A DNA stretch of 64,000 nucleotides from Planctomycetota bacterium (GTDB lineage Bacteria; Planctomycetota; UBA1135; UBA2386), in the NCBI GenBank assembly GCA_020638655.1, contig JACKIC010000007.1, positions 351,849-415,848 of the forward strand, written 5' to 3'. The translations under genes were made by a program, and so were the position numbers. Position 1 is the stretch's first letter. The number at the start of each line of letters is the position of its first letter. The notes under the pieces were generated by a model. It was given only the letters and a program-made list of their open reading frames with translations, made no database searches and was not told where the DNA came from. Of the stretch, positions 54,575 through 63,367 are shown in pieces.

Positions 54575-56253
54575 CGAGCCTGTGGCGGTCGAAGTCCTGG
54601 TCGAAGTGGTTGCCCGCGGCGCTGGTCCTGTGGTGGTGCGGGGCAGCCTGTCAGGTGGCCGGCTCGGCGCCGACCGATGCGGCCCCGACGGCGGACGTCT
54701 GCGTCTACGGCTCGACCTCGGCCGGCGTGATCGCGGCGATCGAATGCGCACAGCAGGGGCACTCGGTGGTGCTGCTCGACTGCGACGGCTGGATCGGCGG
54801 ACTGACCACCTCGGGCCTGGGCGCGACCGATGTCGGCAACAAGGACGCGATCGGCGGGCTGGCGCGCGAGTTCTACCGCCGCGTGCGCAGACACTACGAC
54901 CGGCCCCAGGCATGGACCGCGCAGCGGCGCGACGAGTTCCGCGGCCGCGGTCACGACGCCGGCGGTGACGCGGCCTGGACCTTCGAACCGAGCGTCGCGC
55001 AGGCGGTGTTCGCCGAGATGCTGCGCGAGCAACGCGTCGAGGTGCGCACCGCGCGGCTCGACCGCGGCGGCGGCGGCGTGCACAAGGACGGCGCGGTGCT
55101 GCGCTCGCTGCGCTGCGAAGACGGCGATGTGGTCACCGCGCGCGTGTTCCTGGACTGCACCTACGAGGGCGACCTGTTGGCCGAGGCGGGCTGCTCGTTC
55201 GTCGTCGGCCGCGAGTCGAACGCGCGCTACGGCGAGACCCTCAACGGCGTGCAGACGAAGAACGCGACCAAACATCAGTTCACCGTGCGCGTCGACCCCT
55301 ACGTGGTGCCGGGGGACCCGGGCAGCGGCCTGCTGCCGCACGTGCAGCCCGGCGGCCCCGGAGCCGAGGGGGACGGGGACCACCGCGTGCAGGCCTACTG
55401 CTTCCGCATCTGTGCGACCGACGTGCCGGCCAATCGCTTGCCGTGGCCGAAGCCCGACGGCTACGACGCCGCCGAGTTCGAGGTGCTGCTGCGCTACTTC
55501 GAGGCCGGCAGCACGATGCCGCCGTGGCATCCGGTGTGGATGCCCAACCGCAAGACCGACAGCAACAACAACGGCGCGTTCTCGACCGATCACCTGGGCG
55601 CCAACTACGACTACGCGACCGCGGACTACGCGACGCGCGCGCGGATCGTCGCCGAGCACCGGCGATACCAGCAGGGCCTGCTGTGGACCCTGGCCCACGA
55701 ACCCCGCGTGCCGGCCAAGGTGCGCGCCGAGTTCGAGCGCTTCGGGCTGGCGCGCGACGAGTTCCGTGCGACCGACAACTGGCCGCCGCTGCTCTACGTG
55801 CGCGAGGGGCGGCGCCTGCTGGGGGAGCAGGTCGTCACCGAGGACCACTGCATGGGCCGCGCCGTCGCCGCGGACCCGGTCGGCATGGGCGCCTACGCGA
55901 TGGACAGCCACAACGTGCAGCGCTACGTCGCCGCCGACGGCAGCGTGCGCAACGAGGGGGACGTGCAGGTGCGCGTGCCGGCGCCCTACGGCATCTCCTA
56001 TCGGGCCCTCGTTCCGCAACGCGAGCAGGCCAGCAACCTGCTCGTGCCGGTGTGCGTGAGCGCGAGCCACATCGCCTACGGCTCGATCCGCATGGAGCCG
56101 GTGTTCATGGTGCTGGGGCAATCGGCGGCGATCGCCGCCGATCTGGCGCTGCGCGGCGGAATTGCCGTGCAGGACGTCGACTACGCGGCCCTGCGCGCCC
56201 GGTTGCTCGCCGCGGGCCAGGTGCTCGCCTGGCCGCCGGGCGAATCGCGCTGA
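54571..56253 (+). CDS. Secreted FAD-dependent oxidoreductase (FAD_oxidored / xanthan-lyase-like family)
   Basis: Signal/anchor WLPAALVLWWCGAAC, then VCVYGSTSAGVIAAIECAQQGHSVVLLDCDGWIGGLTTSG dinucleotide-binding motif. Confidence 0.75.
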   Translation: MTSLWRSKSWSKWLPAALVLWWCGAACQVAGSAPTDAAPTADVCVYGSTSAGVIAAIECAQQGHSVVLLDCDGWIGGLTTSGLGATDVGNKDAIGGLAREFYRRVRRHYDRPQAWTAQRRDEFRGRGHDAGGDAAWTFEPSVAQAVFAEMLREQRVEVRTARLDRGGGGVHKDGAVLRSLRCEDGDVVTARVFLDCTYEGDLLAEAGCSFVVGRESNARYGETLNGVQTKNATKHQFTVRVDPYVVPGDPGSGLLPHVQPGGPGAEGDGDHRVQAYCFRICATDVPANRLPWPKPDGYDAAEFEVLLRYFEAGSTMPPWHPVWMPNRKTDSNNNGAFSTDHLGANYDYATADYATRARIVAEHRRYQQGLLWTLAHEPRVPAKVRAEFERFGLARDEFRATDNWPPLLYVREGRRLLGEQVVTEDHCMGRAVAADPVGMGAYAMDSHNVQRYVAADGSVRNEGDVQVRVPAPYGISYRALVPQREQASNLLVPVCVSASHIAYGSIRMEPVFMVLGQSAAIAADLALRGGIAVQDVDYAALRARLLAAGQVLAWPPGESR

Positions 56254-56298
56254 CCGCGCGACTTGCGCAGCGAGGTGGTCCTGGCCGATCATGCGGTC

Positions 56299-57483
56299 AT
56301 GAAACACGCCGTGCGCATGGGGCTGATCCTGGGGGCGCTAGCCCCGCTCGTCGCGCAGGAGCCCGCCAAGTTCGAGCCCAGCGAATTCGTGCGCTTCGTC
56401 AAGGAGGGCGACGGCGGCCACCTCGACACGGCGGTCACGACCTACAAGAAGGGTGACGTCGAGGTGATCCTCTACGGCGCCGTGCACATCGCCGACGCGG
56501 CCGTCTACGAGGCGCTCAACGACCGCTTCACCACCTGCGACGCGCTGCTATACGAGCTGGTCGGCCCGGCGAACTACCGCCCCAGCCGCGACGTGGCCGA
56601 GCGCGGCACGAGTCCGATCTCGCTGCTGCAGCAGGCGCTCAAGAACTCGATGGAGCTGTCGTTCCAGCTCGACGCGATCGACTACTCGCCGGCCAACTTC
56701 GTGCACGCCGACATGACCCCCGAGGAGTTCGAGGAGAGCATGAACGAGCGCGGCGAGAGCATCCTCTCGATCATGATCGACATGATGCTGGCGGGCGCGC
56801 AGCGGCAGCGCGAGCTGGCCGAGGAGGGGGGCGAACCCGCGCCGGAGATCGACCTGGTCAAGGCGTTCCGTTCGGGAGAGGGCCGGCACACGCTGCGCAT
56901 GGTGTTCGCCGAGCAGATGCAGCAGATCGAGGTGATGGCCGTCGGGGGCAAGGACGGCAGCACCCTGCTCGAGGGCCGCAACGAGAAGTGCCTGAAGGTG
57001 CTGCGGGAGGAGCTCGAGAAGGGCCACAAGCGCATCGGCATCTACTACGGGGCCGCGCACCTGCCGCACATGGAGCGGCGCCTGGTGCAGGACATGGGTT
57101 TCGTGCGCACCGGCCAGGAATGGCTGGTCGCGTGGGACTGCAAGAAGCGCCCGGACCCGAAGTACAACCGCGCGCTCGTCAAGCAGCGCCGGCAGTGCCG
57201 CACCGAGCTGGACGCGCTGGCCCTGGTGGCGCGCGACTACCGCCGCAAGGTGCGCCCCGACGAGGTGCCCGACGTGGCGCGGCTGGCCTCGACGCCGCGC
57301 GAAGCCGACGCGATGTGGTACGCCGGCCCGCGCCAGGACCCGTGGGGCAACGACTACGTGCTGCGCAAGCGCAGCGTCGGCATCCGCTGGGAGGTGCTCA
57401 GCGCCGGTCAGGACGGCGAACTCGGCACCGACGACGATCTGGTGGCGCAGGAGCCGCGCGGCGGCGGCCTGTTCGGGCGTTGA
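56299..57483 (+). CDS. Secreted TraB/GumN-family domain fused to a GspG (major pseudopilin) C-terminal globular domain
   Basis: Signal peptide MKHAVRMGLILGALAPLVAQ. TraB/GumN-like ILYGAVHIADAAVY...SMELSFQLD...YYGAAHL. C-terminus ...DPWGNDYVLRKRSVGIRWEVLSAGQDGELGTDDDLV aligns with GspG DPWGRPYQY...FSLGADGKEGGEG.DADI. Confidence 0.65.
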   Translation: MKHAVRMGLILGALAPLVAQEPAKFEPSEFVRFVKEGDGGHLDTAVTTYKKGDVEVILYGAVHIADAAVYEALNDRFTTCDALLYELVGPANYRPSRDVAERGTSPISLLQQALKNSMELSFQLDAIDYSPANFVHADMTPEEFEESMNERGESILSIMIDMMLAGAQRQRELAEEGGEPAPEIDLVKAFRSGEGRHTLRMVFAEQMQQIEVMAVGGKDGSTLLEGRNEKCLKVLREELEKGHKRIGIYYGAAHLPHMERRLVQDMGFVRTGQEWLVAWDCKKRPDPKYNRALVKQRRQCRTELDALALVARDYRRKVRPDEVPDVARLASTPREADAMWYAGPRQDPWGNDYVLRKRSVGIRWEVLSAGQDGELGTDDDLVAQEPRGGGLFGR

Positions 57484-57507
57484 CCGTCCGGTCGTCCGGC
57501 GCGCGCC

Positions 57508-59109
57508 CTATTGCTTGCCGAGCTCGCGGGGCCGGTCCTTGTCGTTGGCCGCGTCCCAGCCGGTCCAGCACGCGGTGCGCGCGATCGCTTCCATGCTGAC
57601 GTAGTCGAGCTTGTCGGGCGAGTCGGTGACCTTGTGGTAGTCGGGGTGTTCCCCGTCGCAGAAGAACACCACCGGCACGCCCAGGCGCGCGAAGTTGTAG
57701 TGGTCGCTGCGTTGGTAGTACTGGTCGCCGCTGCTGAAGGTGATGCCGAACTTCGCGCCGATGGCGACGCCGTTCTGCACCAGGGTCGAGAACTTCTCGT
57801 GGTCCTGGCTCGGCGTGATCTGCATGCCGATCTTGCCGCTGCCGACCTTGTCGGCGTCGGTCACCGCGCGCCCGATCATGTCGATGTTGATGTCGGCGAC
57901 GATCTTCTCGAGCGGCCAGGTCGGGTTCTCGCTGAACCAGTGCGAGCCCCACAGGCCGAGCTCCTCGCCGCTGACCGACAGGAAGATCACCGAGCGCGCC
58001 GGCCGCTCGTCGCTCTTCGCGAACGCCTCGGCGATCTCGAGCAGGCCGGAGGTGCCGCTGGCGTTGTCGTCGGCGCCGTTGAAGACGTCCCCGTCGAGGC
58101 GCCGGCCGACGTGGTCGTGGTGCGCCGAGAACACCACGGCCTCGCTCTTCTTGTTGGTGCCGGGCAGGTAGGCGACGACGTTGCAGGCCTTGGCCTTGTC
58201 GTCCGCCTTGACGACGATCGTGAGCTTGCCGGTCGCCTTCTCGTTGGTGATCGCGGTCTTGGGCGCGCCGTCCTCGTCGAGTTCGACGCCGACGTGCTCG
58301 AGCAGCAGCCGGCTCTGCGCCGCCGACAGGATCAGCAGCGGGATGCGCATGCCCAGGTCGCGCCCGCCGGAGCCGTAGCGCAGCTGCGCGTGGTCGGGCA
58401 GCAGGCCTCGATAGTTGAGCGTGTTGCCGAACGAGCCCTGGTCGTCGAGCAGGCAGACGACGCCCGCGTCGGCGCCCTTGTTGGCGAGCTGTTGGGCGAC
58501 CTTGACGTAGCGGCCGACGGCTTGCAGGTCGTTGCCGGGGCCCTGGCGCCCAGCGCCCTCGTCGCCGTCGCGCGCGCGGGGCTTGCTGAACACGACGAGC
58601 GGGATCTTGCGCGAGAGGCCGCCCTGCACCTGGTCGGGCGCGCCGTTGCCGCACCACACGAAGCGGCCGGACAGGTTGACCTTGTCCTTGTCGGACGAGT
58701 GCAGCACGGCGAAGTCGGTGTTGAGCTTCTTGCCGCCGATGGTCAGCGCCGTGCTCTTGTCGAGGTAGACGCGCTCGAGCGGGTAGTTCTGTACGAAGCC
58801 CTTCTTGTCGCCCAGCGGCGACAGGCCGAGCCTGGCGAAGTGGGCGGCGATGTAGTCGGCGGTGGCCTGCTGGCCCGTGCTCGAGGTGTAGCGCCCGGCG
58901 CGCGCGTCGTCGGCGAGCCAGTAGGCGTGCGTGCGCAGATCGCCGCGGTCGATCCGGTCGAGCAGGGGCGGGGCGCCTTCGGGAAGCGCGGACGCCGGGC
59001 CGAGCTCGGGCAGCGTCGGCGCGGCGCCCGTCTTCGGCGCGTCCTGCGCCCACAGGGTGCAGCCGAGCAGCAGCGGCAGCCACGGGCCGGCGGTGTTCGA
59101 GGGTCGCAT
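57508..59109 (-). CDS. Secreted M28-family aminopeptidase with PA domain
   Basis: Signal peptide ...PWLPLLLGCTLWAQ, FSAHHDHVG, GADDNASGTSGLLE, SGEELGLWGS, and the C-terminal HPDYH metal ligand. Confidence 0.85.
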   Translation of the reverse strand: MRPSNTAGPWLPLLLGCTLWAQDAPKTGAAPTLPELGPASALPEGAPPLLDRIDRGDLRTHAYWLADDARAGRYTSSTGQQATADYIAAHFARLGLSPLGDKKGFVQNYPLERVYLDKSTALTIGGKKLNTDFAVLHSSDKDKVNLSGRFVWCGNGAPDQVQGGLSRKIPLVVFSKPRARDGDEGAGRQGPGNDLQAVGRYVKVAQQLANKGADAGVVCLLDDQGSFGNTLNYRGLLPDHAQLRYGSGGRDLGMRIPLLILSAAQSRLLLEHVGVELDEDGAPKTAITNEKATGKLTIVVKADDKAKACNVVAYLPGTNKKSEAVVFSAHHDHVGRRLDGDVFNGADDNASGTSGLLEIAEAFAKSDERPARSVIFLSVSGEELGLWGSHWFSENPTWPLEKIVADINIDMIGRAVTDADKVGSGKIGMQITPSQDHEKFSTLVQNGVAIGAKFGITFSSGDQYYQRSDHYNFARLGVPVVFFCDGEHPDYHKVTDSPDKLDYVSMEAIARTACWTGWDAANDKDRPRELGKQ

Positions 59110-59137
59110 GGGCCGGGCAGTCTACCCGCTCGGCCGC

Positions 59138-60646
59138 TCAGCCGTCCGCGTCGTCGCCGCCGCTGTCGAGCAGCCGCCGCAGCCGGCCAGGATCGAGGTG
59201 CACGGTGAGGCTGCGGGTCTGCGACGGCACCACGGCCCCGGCCGGCAGCCCCTTGGGCTTGCGCACGTGCTTCTTGTGCGTGTAGACGACCTCGATGCGG
59301 TGCTCGCCGCGGGCCTTGCTGAAGTGCACGGCCAGGGTGCCGGCGTCGAGCAGCGTCTCGAGGCTCGCGGTCTTGTTCTTCGGCAGCCGGATCACGACGT
59401 GCGAGCCGGGGCGGCCGCCGCCGACGTGCAGCCACAGGTCGTTGCCATTGGCGACGCGCATCGTCAGCCGGTCGTTCTGTTCGTTGTTGCGGCCGACGAG
59501 GATCTGGTAGCCCTCGATCGAGACGAAGCGGCGGAAGTTCTCGCCGGGCGGCGGGGCCTTGGCCTTGGTGGCGGCGCGCGGGCGCGACGCGGTGGCCTTG
59601 GGGATCGCGCCGAGCCCCTCGAGCGCGCCGCGCCACTCCGCCAGCGCCGCGGCGGGCACCTCGGCGCCGTCGGCGGGCAGCTGCCGCAGCACTTCGTGCA
59701 GCGCCGCGGCCTGCGCCTGGGCCTCCTGTAGGCGACGTTCGGCGATCGCGCGACCGTCCTCGAGGCGGCGGGCCTTCTCGTAGAGCGCCTGGGCCTGGGG
59801 CATCACCGGCTTGCTCGGGTCGAGCTCGATGGTCGAGGAGCCGCCGCCGTCGACGTCGGGAACGGTCATGCGATCGGCGCCGCGCCGCACGGTGTGCGCG
59901 TAGGCGAGCATCAGGTCGGCGGTGCTGCGCAGTTGCGCGGCCCGGTCGGTGTCGGCCAGCTGGCGCGCCAGGCCCTCGACCTTGTGGCCGAGCTTGCCGA
60001 GCGCGCGCTGCGCGGCGCGTCGCAGGGCGTCGACGTCGGCGCGCAGGTCCGCGGTCTGGTCGAGTTCGCCGAAGTGCGCGTCGATCGCCGCCAGCACCGG
60101 TGCGGCGAAGCGCGGCGGCGGCTCGGGCGGTGGGGCGCCCGCGGCCGGCGGCGGCGCGTAGGCGTCGCCCGGCCGCAGCCGGCGCACCGCGGTGACCACC
60201 TCGCGCGACAGCACCAGGGCCTTGCCCTCGCTGTCGCACAGGCACCACAGGCCGCGGGAGCCGAACAGCTCGACGACCAGGCGTCGGTCGCCGGCGGGGG
60301 TGGCGAAGCCGAACTGGCAGCGCCGCTCGCCGTCGCTGGCCGCGATCCAGCGCAGTTCGGCGTCGGCCAGCTCCCTGGCCAGCAGGTCGGTCGCGGTGCC
60401 GCGGCGGCGCGCGTCCTTGCCGAAGCGTCGCGCGGTCAGCGTGACCCGGGCGCGGGGGCCGCCCGGGGCGACGTGCAGGAAGTGCTTGTGGCCGCCTTCC
60501 TGCTGCAGCACGAGCAGCAGATCGTCGTGGTTCGTCAGCCCGATCGCCTCGAGCACGCGCGCGCCGACCAGCGGCTGCAGCTCGGCGACGGCGGCGGCGA
60601 GCTCGCCCGCACTGAGCCCACGCGGGACCTCGGCGGGCGCGGTCAT
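59138..60646 (-). CDS. rqcH: NFACT-family protein (RqcH/FbpA-like ribosome quality-control factor)
   Basis: N-terminal NFACT-N, central coiled coil, C-terminal NFACT-R (DUF814): GYQILVGRNNEQNDRLTMRVANGNDLWLHVGGGRPGSHVVI. Confidence 0.8.
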   Translation of the reverse strand: MTAPAEVPRGLSAGELAAAVAELQPLVGARVLEAIGLTNHDDLLLVLQQEGGHKHFLHVAPGGPRARVTLTARRFGKDARRRGTATDLLARELADAELRWIAASDGERRCQFGFATPAGDRRLVVELFGSRGLWCLCDSEGKALVLSREVVTAVRRLRPGDAYAPPPAAGAPPPEPPPRFAAPVLAAIDAHFGELDQTADLRADVDALRRAAQRALGKLGHKVEGLARQLADTDRAAQLRSTADLMLAYAHTVRRGADRMTVPDVDGGGSSTIELDPSKPVMPQAQALYEKARRLEDGRAIAERRLQEAQAQAAALHEVLRQLPADGAEVPAAALAEWRGALEGLGAIPKATASRPRAATKAKAPPPGENFRRFVSIEGYQILVGRNNEQNDRLTMRVANGNDLWLHVGGGRPGSHVVIRLPKNKTASLETLLDAGTLAVHFSKARGEHRIEVVYTHKKHVRKPKGLPAGAVVPSQTRSLTVHLDPGRLRRLLDSGGDDADG

Positions 60647-60648
60647 CC

Positions 60649-61116
60649 CTACTTCTTGAGTTCCTCGACCGGGTCGTAGATCCAGCCGTAGGCGGCGTAG
60701 TCGTAGGCAACCAGGCCTTCGGGGAAGAACAGCTCGAGCTCGCGCGCGGCGGCCTCGGGGCTGTCACTGCCGTGCACCAGGTTGTAGCTGCGGCTGACGC
60801 CGAAGTCGCCGCGGATGGTGCCGGGGGCGGCGTCCGCGCCGAAGGTGGCGCCCATCAGGTTGCGGCAGATCTTGATCGCGTCGATGCCCTCGAGGGCGAG
60901 GGCGACCACCGGCGAGCTGGTCATGAACTTGACCAGGCCCGGGTAGAACTTGCGCTCCTTGTGGGCCTCGTAGTGCTTGGCCGCCAGCTCGGGCGTGATC
61001 TGCATCAGCTTCATCGCGGCGATCTTCAGGCCCTTCTGTTCGAAGCGGCTCAGGACCTGGCCGACGAGGCCCCGCTGGACGGCGTCGGGCTTGAGGAGGA
61101 TGAGGGTGCGTTCCAT
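60649..61116 (-). CDS. ndk: Nucleoside diphosphate kinase
   Basis: MERTLILLKPDAVQRGLVG..., NLVHGSDS (active-site His). Start is inside ORF 60649..61470. Confidence 0.95.
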   Translation of the reverse strand: MERTLILLKPDAVQRGLVGQVLSRFEQKGLKIAAMKLMQITPELAAKHYEAHKERKFYPGLVKFMTSSPVVALALEGIDAIKICRNLMGATFGADAAPGTIRGDFGVSRSYNLVHGSDSPEAAARELELFFPEGLVAYDYAAYGWIYDPVEELKK

Positions 61117-61171
61117 GTTCGGATCGGGTTCGGTTTGGATTCGAGGCTGGGCTGGCAGTGAAAGGGCGAAG

Positions 61172-61858
61172 ATGATAGCGACCATGACCGTCAGGCTGCG
61201 AGGCATTTCGCCGTTCCCTGGGCCCGCGAGGGGCCGTGCCGCTGGCGCGCGGGCGCGGCCCTGGCTGCTGCTCGCCGCGGCGGCGCTGCCCGGTCTGGCC
61301 GGTTGCCTCAGCGACCGCTCCAACACGATCTCGCGCACGGCGCGCATGCGGGAGATCGAGGCCGAGCGGGTCGTCGCCGACCGCGTGCAGCGCGAACTGG
61401 CGATCCTGCGGCAGCTCACCGAGGACAACCGCGAGTCGATCGCCGATGCCAAGGCGCAGTCGATCGCCACCAGTTCCGAACTGCGCGCGGTGATCGCTGC
61501 GCTGAACCACCAGCTCGATCAGCTCCGGGCCGCGGAGCAGGACCTCGAGGCCGCGAAGAAGCGCGCCGCCGCGATCGAGGCGGAACTCGCGCCGGTGCGG
61601 GCGCTCGAGGGCCAGATCGCCGAGCGCGACAAGCGCCGGCAGGAGCTCGCCGCGCAGCTCGCGGCGCTCGAGGCGCAGGTCGCCGCCGCCGAGCAGCAGC
61701 TGGGCGCGAGGCAGGCCGAACTGCAGCCCAAGCTGCAGGCGCTGCAGCAGCAGCAGGCCGCGATGGACAAGCTCGCGCAGGCGATCGCCGCGGCGCAGGC
61801 CGCGGCCGGGGCGATGGCGCCCGCCGCGCCGCCGGTGCCAGAACCTGCGAAGAAGTGA
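61172..61858 (+). CDS. Coiled-coil lipoprotein, Ala/Gln/Glu-rich
   Basis: LLLAAAALPGLAGC lipobox followed by about 170 aa of heptad-like A/Q/E/L sequence. Start is 61172 or 61184. Confidence 0.6.
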   Translation: MIATMTVRLRGISPFPGPARGRAAGARARPWLLLAAAALPGLAGCLSDRSNTISRTARMREIEAERVVADRVQRELAILRQLTEDNRESIADAKAQSIATSSELRAVIAALNHQLDQLRAAEQDLEAAKKRAAAIEAELAPVRALEGQIAERDKRRQELAAQLAALEAQVAAAEQQLGARQAELQPKLQALQQQQAAMDKLAQAIAAAQAAAGAMAPAAPPVPEPAKK

Positions 61859-61877
61859 ACCCGCGAAGAAGTGACCG

Positions 61878-63290
61878 CTACGGCCACTCGTGGTGGAACA
61901 TCTCGCCGGCCGGGCGGTCCGTGCGCTCGAACGTGTGCGCGCCGAACAGGTCGCGCTGCGCCTGGGTGAGGTTCTGCGGCAGGCGCGCCCGCCGGTACGA
62001 GTCGTAGTAGGAGAGGCTCGCGCCCATCGCCAGGATCGGCACGCCGTGTTCGGCGGCCAGCGCGACGACGCGGCGCCAGGCGGGTTGGTGTTCCTGCAGG
62101 AAGCCGCCGAGCTCGGGGTCGAGCAGCAGGTTCGGCAGCCGCTTCTGCTTGGCGAACGCGGCCTGGATGCTGCGCAGGAAGCGCGCGCGGATGATGCAGC
62201 CGCCCTTCCAGATGCGCGCGATCTCGCCGTAGTCGAGGCCCCAGCTCTTGTCGGCGTCGGCGGCGGCGAGCAGCTCGAGGCCCTGCGCGTACGAGCAGAT
62301 CTTGCTGCAGTAGAGGGCGTCGCGCACCGCGTCGAGCACGGCCTGATCGAAGCGCGCCGCCGGGTCGGGGCCGCGCAGCCGTTCGCTCGCGGCGATGCGC
62401 TCGGCCTTGCGCGCGCTCAGGTAGCGCGCTTCGACCGCGGCCTGCATCGTCGGCGCCGGGATCCCGTAGCGCAGCGCGATCTCGCTGGTCCAGCGGCCGG
62501 TGCCCTTCTGGCCGGCGCGGTCGACGATCACGTCGACCATCGGCGCGCCCGTGTCCGGGTCGTCGGCGGCGAGGATGCGCGCGGTGATCTCGATCAGGAA
62601 CGACTCGAGGAAGCCCTTGTTCCACTCGGCGAAGGTGCCCGCCATCTGCTTGGGTGTCATGCCGAGCACGTTCTGCATCAGGTCGTAACACTCGGCGATC
62701 AGCTGCATGTCGCCGTACTCGATGCCGTTGTGGACCATCTTGACGAAGTGGCCTGCGGCGCCGGTGCCGATGTGCGTCACGCACGGCCCGTCCTCGACCT
62801 GCGCGGCGATCTTCTCGAGGATCGGGCGCAGGTCCGCATAGGCGGACGCGTCGCCGCCGGGCATCAGGCTCGGACCGTTGAGCGCGCCTTCCTCACCGCC
62901 CGAGACGCCCATGCCGACGAAGCGGAAGCCCTGGGCCGACAGCTCGCGGCTGCGCCGCTCGGTGTCGTCGGGGTGCGAATTGCCGCCGTCGATGATCAGG
63001 TCGCCGGGCGACAGGTGCGGCAGGAACGAGGCGATCGTGTCGTCGACGGGCTGACCGGCCTTGACCAGCAGCAGCAGCTTGCGCGGGCGCGCCAGCGAGG
63101 CGGCGACCTCCGCGGGGGTCTTGGCGCCGACCATCTTCTCGCCCTTGCCGAGGCGGGCGAGCGTGGCCTCGGTCTTGTCGTACGAGCGGTTGTAGACGGT
63201 GACCGGGAACCCGTTGCGGGCGATGTTGAGAGCCAGGTTCTGGCCCATCACGGCCAGACCGACGACACAGATCTGCGAGGAACCTTCCAT
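61878..63290 (-). CDS. gnd: 6-phosphogluconate dehydrogenase, decarboxylating
   Basis: 470 aa. ICVVGLAVMGQNLALNIARNGF NADP motif, GMGVSGGEEGA, IIRARFL. Confidence 0.95.
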   Translation of the reverse strand: MEGSSQICVVGLAVMGQNLALNIARNGFPVTVYNRSYDKTEATLARLGKGEKMVGAKTPAEVAASLARPRKLLLLVKAGQPVDDTIASFLPHLSPGDLIIDGGNSHPDDTERRSRELSAQGFRFVGMGVSGGEEGALNGPSLMPGGDASAYADLRPILEKIAAQVEDGPCVTHIGTGAAGHFVKMVHNGIEYGDMQLIAECYDLMQNVLGMTPKQMAGTFAEWNKGFLESFLIEITARILAADDPDTGAPMVDVIVDRAGQKGTGRWTSEIALRYGIPAPTMQAAVEARYLSARKAERIAASERLRGPDPAARFDQAVLDAVRDALYCSKICSYAQGLELLAAADADKSWGLDYGEIARIWKGGCIIRARFLRSIQAAFAKQKRLPNLLLDPELGGFLQEHQPAWRRVVALAAEHGVPILAMGASLSYYDSYRRARLPQNLTQAQRDLFGAHTFERTDRPAGEMFHHEWP

Positions 63291-63367
63291 GGGACGGGCG
63301 CGACTCTATCGCGCCCGTCGGCATCGCTCCGCAGCCTTTTCCCGTTCCCGCCGGGGCGCCGTCGGAC

